Part shown: positions 13,761 to 27,577 of the stretch, in pieces | Numbering within the stretch: position 1 is the first letter of the stretch | Layout: the number at the start of each line of letters is the position of its first letter | Assembly: GCA_964016885.1 (NCBI GenBank) | Contig: OZ024745.1 | Span: forward strand, 110,236,001 to 110,300,000 | DNA length: 64,000 bases | DNA from: Eledone cirrhosa | Lineage: Eukaryota | Direction: 5' to 3' | Notes under the pieces: model-generated | Database searches by the model: none | Told to the model about the DNA's origin: nothing | The model's input: the letters and a program-made list of their open reading frames with translations, nothing else | Translations under genes and position numbers: made by a program

Positions 13761-15299
13761 ACTTCATATCAGGTAATATTGTGATACATAAAGTGGTGTA
13801 AATAGAGGTTTTGGTTGTGACACAAGGAATAAAAAAAATCTCTGACACAAATTAATTGACCACTTGTGACACAAACTATAGATAAGCTAAACTCCTGTTT
13901 ACTTTCCACATAAGTGTAATTGGGAGCCAGCTCAGTTTTGTTCTGATTATAAAAGAAACAGATACATAATTATGAAAACAGTTTTTACTTATGGAGAAGA
14001 ATTTCCCTGACATGGATTAGTGGAAGCCCAGTTTGTTGTTAAACTCTACCCCTATGCAGGGTTAGCTGCCATCCTTCTAGGTTGCATTTCAAAAGTTTCT
14101 CAGATGTTTTAATGATAGGGGCCCTAGTCCTATCCTGAAAAATCTCCCCACCTGAACTATACATTAGTCCATTGTAGGGGTTAATACCCAACTGTTGTGA
14201 TACTAATTTTTTTTATTCAGCTGATCGATTTGAAAAGAAACTGCTTGCTCAAGGACACAATGTGTTACATGATCCAGAAATTAAACCCATGACCTCAGGC
14301 TTTTGAGTCTGATATACCAGCCTCTAGGCCATGAGCTTTCATGATTTACTTAGTTTAAGTAGAAAGTCTTGAAAACAGTAAAATTCATAATTAGAAAAGG
14401 AGAGATATGAAGACTAAAGATTTATTGGTAAACTTTTACATACAATAAAATACTGTAGAATTCAAATAGTGGAGAAAACAGCTGGATTCCCTTAAAGGAT
14501 GGCCTAATTCAAATTACCATTTAGTTCTGTAAAGTAGTGGGTGATTCAATCATGGAATAGTACCATATGTAAGATTCTAAAGATATGTAATGGGTTTGGA
14601 ATAAGTAGAAAACTAGATCATAAAGCTTGGTAGAAAGACAGCTATCAGTTTCATCAAGCTCAAAAGACAGGAGTTAATAGTGAGCTGCCAGAATGAATTA
14701 TAATATACATGTGGACAGATATTCCCCCTAAATCATACTCATCATCATCATATAACATCTGCTTTCCCTGCTAGCAAGGGTTGGCTGGGTCTACATAAAC
14801 CAAGTGGGTCTACATAAATTGAAGCAAGGCTACTGACCAACCAAACAGGATGAAGGGTCTGCAACCTGCTTACATACAGTCATATCAAGTGCAGAGGAGA
14901 AGTTGTCATATCTTTTGACACAAACTATAGGGTTTTCCCAACCCCTTGTTTGCCAAGCATTCTACAGCTGCATGCCCTTCCTGACATCTACCACTTTACA
15001 GTGTAATTATATATGTTGAAATTATGTTCAGTGTTAATGATGCATAGGAATGTCACCATGAGGGTTTATTGAGCAAGGGGTATGAATATCTTCTAGTGTA
15101 ACCAACAGGGAGGCTTACTATAGAAGCTAAATGAGCGATAACCCAATAAACAATATATAACATATAAATAAACAAAAAGGAACCAGTAGAAACTTTACAG
15201 AGCTGCTAAAATCAGTATGAGTTAGAGTTTCACAATGTAGTAATTCAGATGATGTAGGTAATCATTGTTCTTAATGATTAATATAATAGCACTATTATT

Positions 15300-15741
15300 A
15301 TGGATTGGCAGTATCTGTAGAGCATCAGACAACATGCTTTGCAGTATAGAGTTATGGCCTTTTATGTTCTGAGTTCAAATCCCACCGAGGTTAGCTTTGC
15401 CTTTTATCCTTACTGAGTCAATAACATAAAGTACCAGTCTCGCACTAGGGTCGATTTAATTGACTTTCTCCTCCACCCCCAAAATTTGCTGACCTTGTGC
15501 CTAAATGAGAAACTTTACTATATAAATTTACTATATAATTTACTATATAGGGCGGTGAATTGGCAGTATCGGTAGAGGGTTGGATGCCATGCTTTCTAGC
15601 ATAGTTACGTCCCTTTACATTCTGAGTTCAAATCCCGCCGAGGTTAACTTTGCCTTTCATCCTTACGGGGTCGATAAAATAAAGTACCAGTAATGTACTG
15701 GGTAATTGCTGGCCTTGGGCCTAAAGTAGAAACAATTATTT
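15300..15741 (+). mobile_element. Two tandem SINE family C copies (15300-15513, 15550-15741)
   Basis: Family C sequence; second copy flanked by ATTTACTATATA direct repeats. Confidence 0.85.
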
Positions 15742-16189
15742 ACTATATAATATATGGAAGGGATATGCATAATTGAGGGTAAATTGCAATGTATTTAATT
15801 GAAATATTTAGATTATAAGTAGTAAAAAAAATTATAACCAGGTTAGAAAAAAAAAGAAAGAGTTGAATTGGGACAAATAGACACATATTTTATGTTTGTT
15901 AACCAAGAGAAGCCCATAATGTTAGACAATTTCTAACACTGTGAAGTTTGATAGTTAAAGAATAAATGAATTACTTATGGTAGCTAGTTTGGCTTATTTG
16001 AAAACAAAAGAAGCTCTAAATATGGAAGAGAAATACTTCAGTCAAAAGTATGAACATTCCTAACACTAACATATTAAAACAAACATTATTTTAAAAAATT
16101 CCTTTTTCACTTCAGTGCAGAAAGAGAATATGTACAAGTCCAATGTTACGTAATGTGTGAAATAATGACTACACAAAATGTACTGCTGC

Positions 16190-16790
16190 CAAAGTAAGAA
16201 GAAACTAATACTTTAAGTTCAACAGGAATACGTTGCAAAAGCTGGTGCAGTAATGTGCTAGCTTCAGCATTTGGTAATCAGAAGATGGGAGGTAGCCGTA
16301 AAAGCCAAAATCACTATCTTCAATTTGGATTTCATGCCAACCCTTACCTATGGTCAAGAATCTTAGGTAATGACTGAAAGAATACAATCATGAATATAAG
16401 CAGTCAAAATGGGATTCCTCAGAAAGGTCTTTGGTGTGATGTTACTCGATGAAGTATGTAACTCGAAGATCAGAGTCACTCCAGGGCGAGCTGCTACTTC
16501 TCCAAATTGAGAGATCACAGCTCTGATACTATGGGCATGGGGTTAAAATATCTCAGGAAAGAATCACTAGACAGATTTTATGAGCAAACCAAACTGGCAA
16601 GAGACCCAGGAGTAGACCCTGAGTAAGATGGTTGAATAATATCCATGAGCTTGGCTGGTCATGCTTGGGGATCAAGCTGGATCAGTTGGAAATGGTTGCT
16701 TCTGATAGGACCTGCTGGAAGGAGTTTTTGAGGACTCTGCCCCCATGACCCTCTCAGGAATAAGTGGGTGAAGAAGAAAAAGAAGGAATA
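16190..16790 (+). mobile_element. RTE-like LINE 3' fragment (second family)
   Basis: Decayed PTLTYG.E..W and GKRPRSRP.VRWL motifs; ends in a (GAA)n-like tail. Confidence 0.7.
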
Positions 16791-17181
16791 TGTATAAAAG
16801 TATAATGATGTATATCAGTAAAAAAGGTGGATTGAATACAGCAAATATATATCTGCCATAAATGAATATGGTCTCTTGATGTGTGATATATGTTTATGAA
16901 AGTAAAGTAAAAGAGAATTGTAAAAGAAAATAGTTTTCAAGGGCATTAACCTATGTATGTATGATAAATAGATAGACTTGAAATTAAATGAATAATTGAA
17001 TGGGAGGGGTGGAGGGGGACACACAGGGGAAACCAGTGAATTTGAAGTGTCAATGATCTATGAAAGAAATACCTCAAGGAATCTTTGAAATGAGATAATT
17101 TAAATAGTTTTCTTAATTCTGAGTCTTTTAGATGAGAGTATGTATGAGTGAGGTATGGAAGGTTATGTTATATTATTCTAT

Positions 17182-17391
17182 TGCGGTGGATTGGCAGTGG
17201 ATTCTATCGCGGTGGATTGGCAGTATCGGTAGAGGGTTGGATGCCATGCTTTCCAGCATAGTTAAGTCCCTTTACAATCTGAGTTCAAATCCCGCCGAGG
17301 TTGACTTTGCCTTTCATCCTTGCGGGGTCGATAAAATAAAGTACCAGTAATGCACTGGGTAATTGCTGGCCTTGTGCCTAAAGTAGAAACA
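17182..17391 (+). mobile_element. SINE family C with duplicated head and 15-bp TSD
   Basis: GTTATATTATTCTAT at 17167-17181 and 17392-17406; head GCGGTGGATTGGCAGT occurs twice. Confidence 0.85.
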
Positions 17392-18673
17392 GTTATATTA
17401 TTCTATCTATAATATTATGGGAAACATAATGATAGAGATCAAGAAAAACTCAATCTCAAAACAATAGTTATTAAGCTGTATTGCAAGAGGAAACAAACCA
17501 AAGTAATGCCTCTATAATATAGATAAAACAAATGCTATGTAGCCAGTAGAACTGCTTGAAATAGCAGTTAAATCCTCTTCAAATCACACCATACTCTCTA
17601 AAACAATGAAAGATACATTGGATATATGCCTGAAAAAAAAAGACAAGATGCCCATGGCTTGAATACCTTTGATTGAAGAGTTGATCAATCAGGACTAATT
17701 TAGGGGAAAAAGAAAAGGAGCCAATTGTCAGATTGGACCAAGAAAACTAGGCTTCTATTGGTGTTTCTATTGCTGATATAATCTGTTGGTCACACCTAAC
17801 AGAAGTCATTCCTTTTCCAATGACAGGAGGTGGGATTTCAATTCAGAACACACAGAGCCAGAATACTCGTAAATACCCCCAAAGCACCTCATTTGAATCT
17901 TTGACAATTTTGCAAATCCACTGCCCTTAGATTAGCACTTTGTTTACCCACCCTGAAAGTATGACAGGCAAAAAGAGACAGAAAACCGCCAAGGTATTTA
18001 ATTTAATGCTCTTACAATTTTGCTAATTTACCACCAATTAGGGTCAGCAATAATAAGAGCTCATTCAAGTTTTTTTGTGGGATTTAAATTTATTTCATCT
18101 AATAGTCATATACTTAGAATATTTGTTATTAGTTACATTTTAAACAACACTTATTAAAGAGATAGTAACATGTAGAGAAGCAAATGATTTGGAAGTAATC
18201 AAAAGTTCATTTATGTTGTAGGTACATAAAAGAAAAGGCAAAGTTACTGAGCCATAATTTAGAAAAAAAATTAGAGATCTGTGTCAAAGAACAGATAAGA
18301 ATTACTTTCATTCCAATAGCTTTACTAATACTTTTACAAATAATAGACTCACATTCCAACTCTGGAAATATATGTCTGATTCAGTATGCTTCCTAGCCTG
18401 AAGCGATTTGGTATGAATAACTGTTAGTCAAGATATATATTATGAAGAGAAAATCTCAATCTTAGATAAACATTGTAATAGAAAATAAGTTTTTGGAATG
18501 TCTTGCTTTTGCAACAATTCTGTCTAAACAATCTAAAGATATACAGTCCTAGACAAATGAAAATTATACCTTGACTTTGGAAACAACAATAAGATTATCA
18601 AAGTAATGGCCCCTTAAATTTAATTACCTATATTTAGTTTTCCAACCACACTGATTTTTATCTTGATACAGGA

Positions 18674-18862
18674 AATAATTGTTTCTACTTTTGTCACAAG
18701 GTCAACAATTATCCCTGTGTATTACTGGTACTTTATTTTATCAACCTCGTAAGGATGAAAGGCAAAGTTAACCTCGGTGGGATTTGAACTCAGAATATAA
18801 AGGGCCATAACTCTATACTGCAAAGCATGGTGTCTAATGCTCTACCGATACTGCCAACCCAC
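18674..18862 (-). mobile_element. SINE family C
   Basis: Reverse complement of the 15550-15741 type. Confidence 0.8.
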
Positions 18863-20780
18863 TGTGAAAAATTAACAGTCATTCGAGTGTTGGATAGAAT
18901 TACTTACACTGTTTGTTCTGACTTGCTGTACTTTGAGCTCAAATCTCATGAACATCAAGTTTGCTTTTCACATTGCCTGGCTTGATAAATACAATAACAA
19001 TCCAAGGTAGTGGATTGATGGAATTGCTAGAGTATCGGACGAAATGCCTTGCAGTATCCTTTTCCGGTATGTCTTACCTTCTGAGTTCAAATTCTAGCTC
19101 CTATCATCAACCTAAAATAGAGCCTTCAGGATCCAACTAATAGTGATAGTCCTCCAATGTTAGACAAAGTGACATGAAGCGTAAAACAATGTCTTGATTA
19201 CAACAATAAGCCTGACAAGCAGATCTGGTAAAGTAAAATATATGCTAGATCAGAGGATAGAAAAAATTGACGCAAAAGAGTATTTTAGGTGATCAGTCAG
19301 AGATTTAAAAATTTATATAATTGTTGCTACAGAAGAAAACAAAACCTGGAACAAATGAAAGCTCACACTAACATACACTTAGATATCTTTCTCAGCATTG
19401 ACAGTTTTATGGGGTTTTTTTCTGTAAGGGTATGGTTTATTTAAATGTATAATATCGCTTTTCTCCAAAGGTTCCTATTAACTCTAGTTGTTTTAAATAA
19501 TATCCAAGTAGATTACTTTAAATTGTCTTTAATTTATATTTGCCCTATCTGTCATCCACCACCAACGCATAATTTTCTTTTTCTTTTTACTCATGTCATG
19601 TCAAATTTTTACTTCTGTCAGCTTTTCTCATTGAATAACAAAATTATTGCAGTTGTCTTTCTCTTATGCAGGAAAATTTCTTTTTAAAATGATGCTAAAA
19701 AAACTGTGTCTGACAATTTTAGTAAAAAGGCAAACATTAATAAAATGAGAAAAATAGCTGTCGCCTCTAAGTTCTTAAGATCATAATTTTCTTTTTTTTT
19801 ATCTAGATTTTTGTCAAGTGAATAATTCATGATGAGATCTATTTAAAGAGAACTGATTTTTAAACTTGAAAAGCTAGAGATATAATTGTATTCTCAAAAG
19901 TACCGTAGCAATGTGATAGCTGCAAAAGAAAGTCAACTTGATGCTCTGATATTTTCTTCTTTAGAAAAAAGTTAAAAAAAGTATTTACATAAAATAAATA
20001 AAGACATTACTGTGGCGGCCATTGCTGTTCCTACAAATAAGAAAGAAGAAACGATAATGATGACAGTGATGATGAGTAAGAAGGCTTAATGTCAATGATG
20101 ATGGTGATGATGATAATAATAACGATAATGATGTTGTTGTTATTGTTGATGGGGTGATGCTACTGCTGGTCATGATGATTATGATCATGATAAAGAAAAA
20201 ATAATTTACAAAAAGATGAGAAAGAAAATTTCTCAAAAGATAAAAATCTTTTTAAACCTGAATGAATTCAGAGGGCAAGTATTTAAATGTGTTCCCTTTG
20301 GAATTATCAAAATAAATAAATAAATATAAATATAAATATAAAAAAATAACCATATATATAAACACAAATACAAATACGAATATATCACAACAAACTTTGA
20401 TAATAAGCAACTTTATGCAAAGGAAGATGTCTTGTTGCATCTAAATCTATAAGTATGTTTATCATCTCTTCATTTGATTCCCATTAGAATTAATAAGCAT
20501 ATTTTCTCATTATGAAAAATAATATCAGGGATAATGAAAGATGAGGATATAAAAAAAATAGAGGGAGGAATAGGAGAATTAGAAAAGAGGTACTTAAAGT
20601 ATTGCACTTTGCTTTAAACACACACATTAATCTTGACTACACTTAGTAGCTAAAATATGTGATCATCAACAGCCACAAATTTGAATTCTGATGTATTGGC
20701 AACTGATAAACTTGAATAACTAAATTCTTTTATTCTTTTACTAGTTTCAGTCATTTGACGGCAGCTGTGCTGGAACACTT

Positions 20781-21219
20781 TTAATCCTTTACCATTTACA
20801 TAACTCTATTTATAATATTGTACTTTCACGATAAAGGCTTTACCTCACATTATTATCTCACATAATATTGAATCTATGAGATTTTGATATTATTTATATT
20901 GAGAACAATACCTTAACATCAGTATGAATGGCAGGTTACAGCCAGTTTGAACAGAAAGAGGTGAGAGAATTCTGGCCAGATATGGCTGGTTTAATCCTGT
21001 AGCATTTAAACTGACTGTATCTGGCCAGAATTCTCTCACCTCTTTTTGTTCAAACTGACTGTAACCATCCGCTCATACTGATGTTAAGGTATTGTTCTCA
21101 AAATAAATACTATCAAAATCTCATAGATTCTATATTATGTAAGATAATTCTGTGAGATAAAGAATTTACCATGAAAATATAAGAGTAAATATAGAGTAAT
21201 GTAATTGCTCAAAGGATAA
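20781..21219. mobile_element. Two piggyBac-like MITEs in opposite orientation joined at a TTAA (20991-20994)
   Basis: 20781-20994 is colinear with 13532-13745; 20991-21219 is colinear with 56219-56456. Confidence 0.8.
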
Positions 21220-21302
21220 AAGGATTTCATCAATCATATCATCCCAGTATTTATTTTTTTATATCTAGTTCTTATTTTATCAATCTCTTTTTGTTAAACC
21301 AT

Positions 21303-21418
21303 TAAGTTATAGGTCATAAATAAAGACAAGTATTTAAGTTACAGATCATAAATAAAGACAAGTATTTAAGTTACAGGTCATAAATAAAGACAGGTATTTA
21401 GGTTACAGATCATAAATA
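21303..21418. repeat. 32-bp tandem repeat, about 3.6 copies
   Basis: Unit TAAGTTACAGRTCATAAATAAAGACAAGTATT. Confidence 0.9.
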
Positions 21419-22059
21419 GGAAGGGCATCCAGCTGTAGAAACATTATATAAATAAAATGTATATAAGTAAGATTTGTTCCCCACACTTCCTACCCATTTT
21501 GGCAGATTCCAATTAGGTATTGACTCGGCCTGTAACAACCCATCGAAATTATGCAGGCTTGGAAATCAGATGGTAAACAATGATGAAAGTGTTCAAGTTG
21601 TTATGTTACATTATAATGAGATAAAAGCCCTGAGTGCAGAAGATCTGCAGTGGCTAAAAGTAAATGAAGCTTGCATGTTATGTTTGATATGTAATATGAA
21701 TAACAAGGCTAGCCTACATAGACCAAATCACTAATGAAGCAAGGCCACTGATGTCTCAGAGAGGCTGTGGAGGTATGTATCCCACTTACATGTGGTTGTA
21801 TTGAGTGCAGAAGATGAGTTGTCATGTTTCGACACAAACATAAGGGTCCTCCAAACCCCTTGTTTGGCAAGCTTTCTATGGCTGGATGCCCTTCCAGCAT
21901 ATATATATATATATATATATCATCATCATCATCATCATCGTTTAACGTCCATATTCCACAAGAGATGGCAACATGAATGGTCTTGTTATTTTTCTCTAAA
22001 AATATTTTTTCTGATTCCGCCTGTCCGTCTGTCCCTTCAATCTTTCTAATTTCTCATTC

Positions 22060-22182
22060 TTGCTTCTGATGAATGATTAGGGTCCGAAACGTTAAGACCC
22101 TCTTCCTGCTATTTCAAGCATTAAACTGGTATATTCCTTCCATATACTGTACTGATTGTGTTATTTCTGTTTACCTTTTACA
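22060..22182 (+). mobile_element. PLE-type 3' end with minimal hammerhead-like core
   Basis: CTT-CTGATGA-ATGATTAGGGTCC-GAAACGTT-AAG; tail matches 11890-11985. Confidence 0.6.
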
Positions 22183-22336
22183 CACACACACATATATACA
22201 CACACACACACACACACATATATATACACACACATATACATGCACGCACACACACACATATATATATATACACATACATATATATATATATATATACACA
22301 CACATACACATATATATATAGACACACATATATACA

Positions 22337-22395
<59 letters not shown>

Positions 22396-22773
22396 GAAGG
22401 CACATGGCTTAGTGGTTAGAACATTGGGCTTGCAATCGAAAGGTTGTGAGTTCAATTCTCAGACCGGGTGATGTGTTGTTTCCTTGAGCAAGACACTTTA
22501 TTTCACATTGTTCCAGTTTACTCAGCTGTAGAAATGAGATGATAGGACTGAGGTCCCTATCATTCCACTGCAAAGTGGTCGTGGAGGTGCCACGGCAAAA
22601 AAGCACCCAGCACTCACTGTAAATGAGGTTGGTGTTAGGAAGGGCATCCAGCTGTAGAAATCAAGCCAGAATCAGTTACGTATGAGCTAGACATGGTCAG
22701 GCGACCGGACACTGCCCACAACCCGTCTAACCCATGCTAGCATGGAAGAATGGATGTAAAACGGTGATGATGA
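22396..22773 (+). mobile_element. Full-length tRNA-head SINE (family B)
   Basis: GGCACATGGCTTAGTGGTTAG (A box), GAGTTCAATTC (B box), CORE-like TCCTTGAGCAAGACACTTTA, GGAAGGGCATCCAGCTGTAGAAA and an RTE-type (TGA)n tail. Confidence 0.9.
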
Positions 22774-22787
22774 TATATATATATATA

Positions 22788-22958
22788 TCTCCCAGTCCCA
22801 CACTGTAAATGTGGTTGGTGTTAGGAAGGGCATCCAGCTGTAGAAAACCTGCCAGACAGTCCTATGCGAGCAAGACAACCACTCTTGCCTCAAGTGGGAA
22901 AACTCCCGCCCAAACCCATGCAAGCGTGGAACATGGACGTTAAACGATGATGATGATG
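22788..22958 (+). mobile_element. SINE family A 3' part
   Basis: Matches 58466-58644 and the reverse complement of 901-1087. Confidence 0.85.
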
Positions 22959-23189
22959 ATATATATATATAGGCTTCTGCAGTTTTCATCTACCAAATTT
23001 CACTCACAAAACATTGGTCAACCTGAGGTTATAGAAGCCACATGCCCAAAGTCTGATGCAATGGAACTGACTCCAAAACAACATGGTTGAGAAACAAACT
23101 CCCTAACCACATGTATCTGTTTGTAATACAAATTTATTTTAGATTTTAGTTTGTAATACAAATTTTATTTTAGATTTTAGGATAATTGT

Positions 23190-24148
23190 ATACACTCACA
23201 AATACATACACACACTCACACACATATCAGCACACACACACAGACATACACATACACACACTCATACATATCAGCACAGACATACACATATTCACAAACA
23301 TATCAGCACACACAGATAGACAGACATACACATACTCGCACATATCAGCACACACACACAGACATACACATACACACACTCATACATATCAGCACAGACA
23401 TACACATACCAGGACACACACACACACACATACATACACATATTCAAACACATATCAGCCCACACAGACATACACATACTCACACATATCAGTACACACA
23501 TACACATATCAGGACACACACACACACACACAGACACAAACACATACTCACACATATCAGTACACACATACACATATCAGTACACATACACACACACACA
23601 CACAGACATACACATATCAGCACACACAGACAGACATACACATACTTGCACATATCAGCACACACTCACAAATATATACACATACACAAACATATCAGTA
23701 TACACACACACACACAGTCACACATATCAGCACACACAGACACACACAGTCACACATATCAGCACACACAGACACACACACACACACTCACACAGACATA
23801 CACACACAAATATGTTTTAAAATAGAAGAGAAGTACACACATACACATATCAGTACATACATATCAGGACACACACACATATCAGCACACAGACAGACAG
23901 ACATACACATACTCGCACATATCAGCACACACTCACAAATATATACACATACACATACATATCAGTATACACACACACACACACACCAGTCACACATATC
24001 AGCACACACAGACACACACACAGTCACACATATCAGCACACACAGACACACACACACACACACAGTCACACATATCAGCACACACAGACACACACACACA
24101 CACTCACACAGACATACACACACAAATATGTTTTAAAATAGAAGAGAA
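23190..24148. repeat. (CA)-rich minisatellite punctuated by CATATCAG, with an internal block duplication of roughly 0.25-0.3 kb
   Basis: Recurrent CACATATCAGCAC; AAATATGTTTTAAAATAGAAGAG occurs at about 23808 and about 24124. Confidence 0.9.
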
Positions 24149-24371
24149 AGAAACCTGTGTCAAATCAATATGCTAAAATTAAAAGGGATAAACAACAGGA
24201 TAATGTTATTGATTACAATTACATTTAAAGAATAATGCACGGCTAATTCTAAGCAGTCTTTCAAATATTATATATATATATATATACACACACACATATA
24301 TATACACACATATACATATATATATATACATATATACACACATATATACATATATACATATATATACACAC

Positions 24372-24418
<47 letters not shown>

Positions 24419-24461
24419 TATATATATACATATACATATATATATATATATATATACACAT

Positions 24462-25920
24462 ATCATCATCATCATCATCATTTTACGTCCGCTCTTCCCT
24501 GCTTGCAAGGGTGTGACGGGTCTTATTCAGCACAGTATCTCTCAACTTGTCATGGTCCTTCGTCATCTCCACCCTGAGCTTCAGCGGTCTGAGGTCTGTT
24601 CTCACCACCTCCACCTCCACCCATGTTTTTCGTGGTCTACCTCTACCATGTCTTCCTTCAACTGGCATTTCCTGGCACTTCTTCACCCATCAGTCATCTT
24701 CCATGCGCATCACATGTCCATACCACCTCAGCCTCCTCTCCCGTACACTACATTCTATCCCTCTCAGACATAGCTTCTCTCTCAACACATTCATGCTGGG
24801 CCGTTCACGCACATTGACACTGCACATCCAACGGAGCATGCTTGCCTCATTTCTCTCCAGCCATCACATGTCCTCTGCAGTTGCTGCCCATGTCTCACTA
24901 CAATGCAACATTGCGCTCCTCACACAGGCATCATATAACTGGCCTTTTGTACGCAGGGAGAAACCCTTCTTCGTCAGCAGAGGAAGCAGCTCCCTAAACT
25001 TCTTCCAACGCATCCTTATTCTAGATACTATGGCCTCGGAACACCCCCTCCCATGCTAATCTGATCTCCTAGGTACCGGAAGCTATCCACCACTTCTATA
25101 CCACCCGCCTGCATTTGAAAGATGTGTCTATCAATGCGACTTCTACTGTCTAATTTCCCTGTTCATCTACTGCATACATATTTCTCCCTATCTGTTAGTT
25201 TGCCTGCTATCCAGCTACATCTCTTGTGTACCCAGGATCTGCATTGTGTGCTATTTATAGAATTTATTCCAGTTCCTTTTCTGCATATCGAACATGGCCA
25301 TTTCCCTGACGGAATCAGAGTTTTGTCCTCTCTTCTACTCATCAACACTTTTGTCTTAGCTAGGTTCACTCTCAGTCCTCTTACTTCCAACTGCTGTTTC
25401 CATAACCAGAATTTATTCTCTAGCTCCTCTACTGATTCTGCTATAAGAACCAGATCGTCAGCATAGAGAAGTTCCCATGGACAGCCAGTCTTAAGCTCCT
25501 CTGTTATGGCTTGGAGGACTATAATGAACAAGAGCGGGCTGAGGACCGAACCTTGATGTACTCCTACTTGTATCTGGAATTCCTCACTAAACTCCATTCC
25601 TACCCTGACTTTACTGACAGTACCTCTGTACAAAGTTTGCACTGTCCTCACAAGCCATTCCTCAACACCTAGTTTCCTTAGGGATCACCAGATCGGGTTA
25701 CCCTATCAAAGGCCTTCTCTAGGTCAACAAAGCCTAAGTATAGTGGCTTATTTTTCTCTAAGAACCTCTCTTGCAATTGTCTCACCAAGAAGAGGGCATC
25801 TGTTGTACTCTTCCCAGGCACAAAACCAAACTCCATCTCATCTAGTTTGACCCTTTCTCTAATTAGTTGTGCTATCCTTTCTACCACTTTCATAACCTGA
25901 TCCATCAGTTTTATACCCCT
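24462..25920 (-). mobile_element. 5'-truncated RTE-clade LINE (RT domain to 3' tail), frameshifted
   Basis: [32 protein letters not shown]; GVHQGSVLSPLLFIIV..LLYADDLVL; Cys-rich WPCSICRKG..CRSWVHKRC; GRGRPRKTW; (TGA)n tail. Confidence 0.95.
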
Positions 25921-25940
25921 ATAAATGTATGTATATATAC

Positions 25941-25973
<33 letters not shown>

Positions 25974-26404
25974 TATATATATATATATGTGTGTGTGTGT
26001 GTATGTATATATATATATATGTGCGTGTGTGTATATATATATACACATATACATATACACAAACACACATACATATTCATATATATACACACACATATAT
26101 ACATATACACACACACATACATATATATATATACACACACACATACATATATATACACACACATACATATAATATTATGTGTGTGTGTGTGTGTATATAT
26201 ATATATACACACACATATATATATATACACACACATATATATATATACACACACATATATATATATACACACACATATATATACACACATACATATATAC
26301 AAACACACATACATATTCATATATATACACACAGACATATACATATACACACACACATACATATATATACACACACATACATATATATATATATACACAC
26401 ACAC

Positions 26405-26560
26405 TGAAAAGTGGACGTGTAGGCGCCACGGAAAAAAGCACCCAGCACTCACTGTAAATGAGGTTGGTGTTAGGAAGGGCATCCAGCTGTAGAAATCAAG
26501 CCAGAATAAGTTCCCATATGAGCAAGACAAGGTCAGCCGACAGGACACTGCCCACAACAT
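26405..26560 (+). mobile_element. SINE family B fragment
   Basis: Matches 22575-22722. Confidence 0.8.
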
Positions 26561-26754
26561 ATGATACATATATATATATATACACACACACGCACATATA
26601 TATATATATATTGGAAAATGTGTGAAATCCTTGGTACAGTTAGGTATATTTCAAAAAAGGAAAAGAATGACTTCACTTGTAGTTCTAAACAATTTAATTT
26701 TATAATATTTCAATTTTACAATTTGGTTTTGTAGATATCTAAATTGTAAAATTA

Positions 26755-27204
26755 TCTATATATATATAAAACTGAGGATGTCTGTCTCTGTGTCTGTGAG
26801 TTTGAATCCCTAAAACTCAAGAAGTACCCAACCGATTTTTTTCAAACTTTACATGTGTATTACTTATGTTTCAGGGAATGTTATGCATTAGCTGAAAAAC
26901 TGCGTTTTTTCAGCTTTTTAGGGGTTTTTTGAGGCGTTGCATCAGACCGATTTTCCCTAAATTTCAAGGCATATTATGCACATAAAAAAAATTCCTTTTC
27001 TTGATCCCCTAGGGCCTGCATTAGGTGAAAACCTGCATTTTTCCTGCTTCATCGTGGAAAATCTTAAAGATTATCCAGCCATCAGAGTATTCATTTTATT
27101 TTCTTTACATATTGTCCAGGCATTCAGTTTTTCCTCGATTAGGTTTGTTGGCGGCCCGCGTTCCAAAATACCTTATCCTGTGCAATGCCGGGTACCACTG
27201 CTAG
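26755..27204 (+). mobile_element. Non-autonomous Helitron
   Basis: A|TC 5' end (TCTATATATATATAAAACTGAGG), subterminal hairpin and CTAG|T 3' end; paralogue of 12954-13515. Confidence 0.85.
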
Positions 27205-27299
27205 TAATATTATAAAATTAAATTGTTTAGAACTACATGTATATATATATATATGCATACATATACATATATATACACACACTTATACATATATATATA

Positions 27300-27577
27300 T
27301 GAGAGAGACTGAGCATAAGAGGAATCAAATGCTGTGTGCAGGAGAGGCGGTTGCATTGGTATGGACATGTGATGCGTATGAAGGATGACAGCTGCATAAA
27401 ATGTGCAGAGCACGAGAAGTCGATGGGAGCCGCGGAGTGGGGAGACCCAAGAAGACCTGGGATGAGGGGATAAAAGCCGACCATACCCAATTTCACCTCT
27501 GAAGGGCGATGACACATGACCGTGACCTCTGGCGTCATGCAGTAATACAGAAGACCCGACTTCCCATGGGTACAAGC
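27300..27577 (+). mobile_element. RTE LINE 3' fragment
   Basis: [23 protein letters not shown]-like sequence; related copy at 30849-31050. Confidence 0.75.

Noticed and set aside
22396-22470. tRNA genes at SINE heads (also 56681, 35385-35458, 43920-43995)
   Set aside because: They run directly into SINE bodies and lack a convincing acceptor stem
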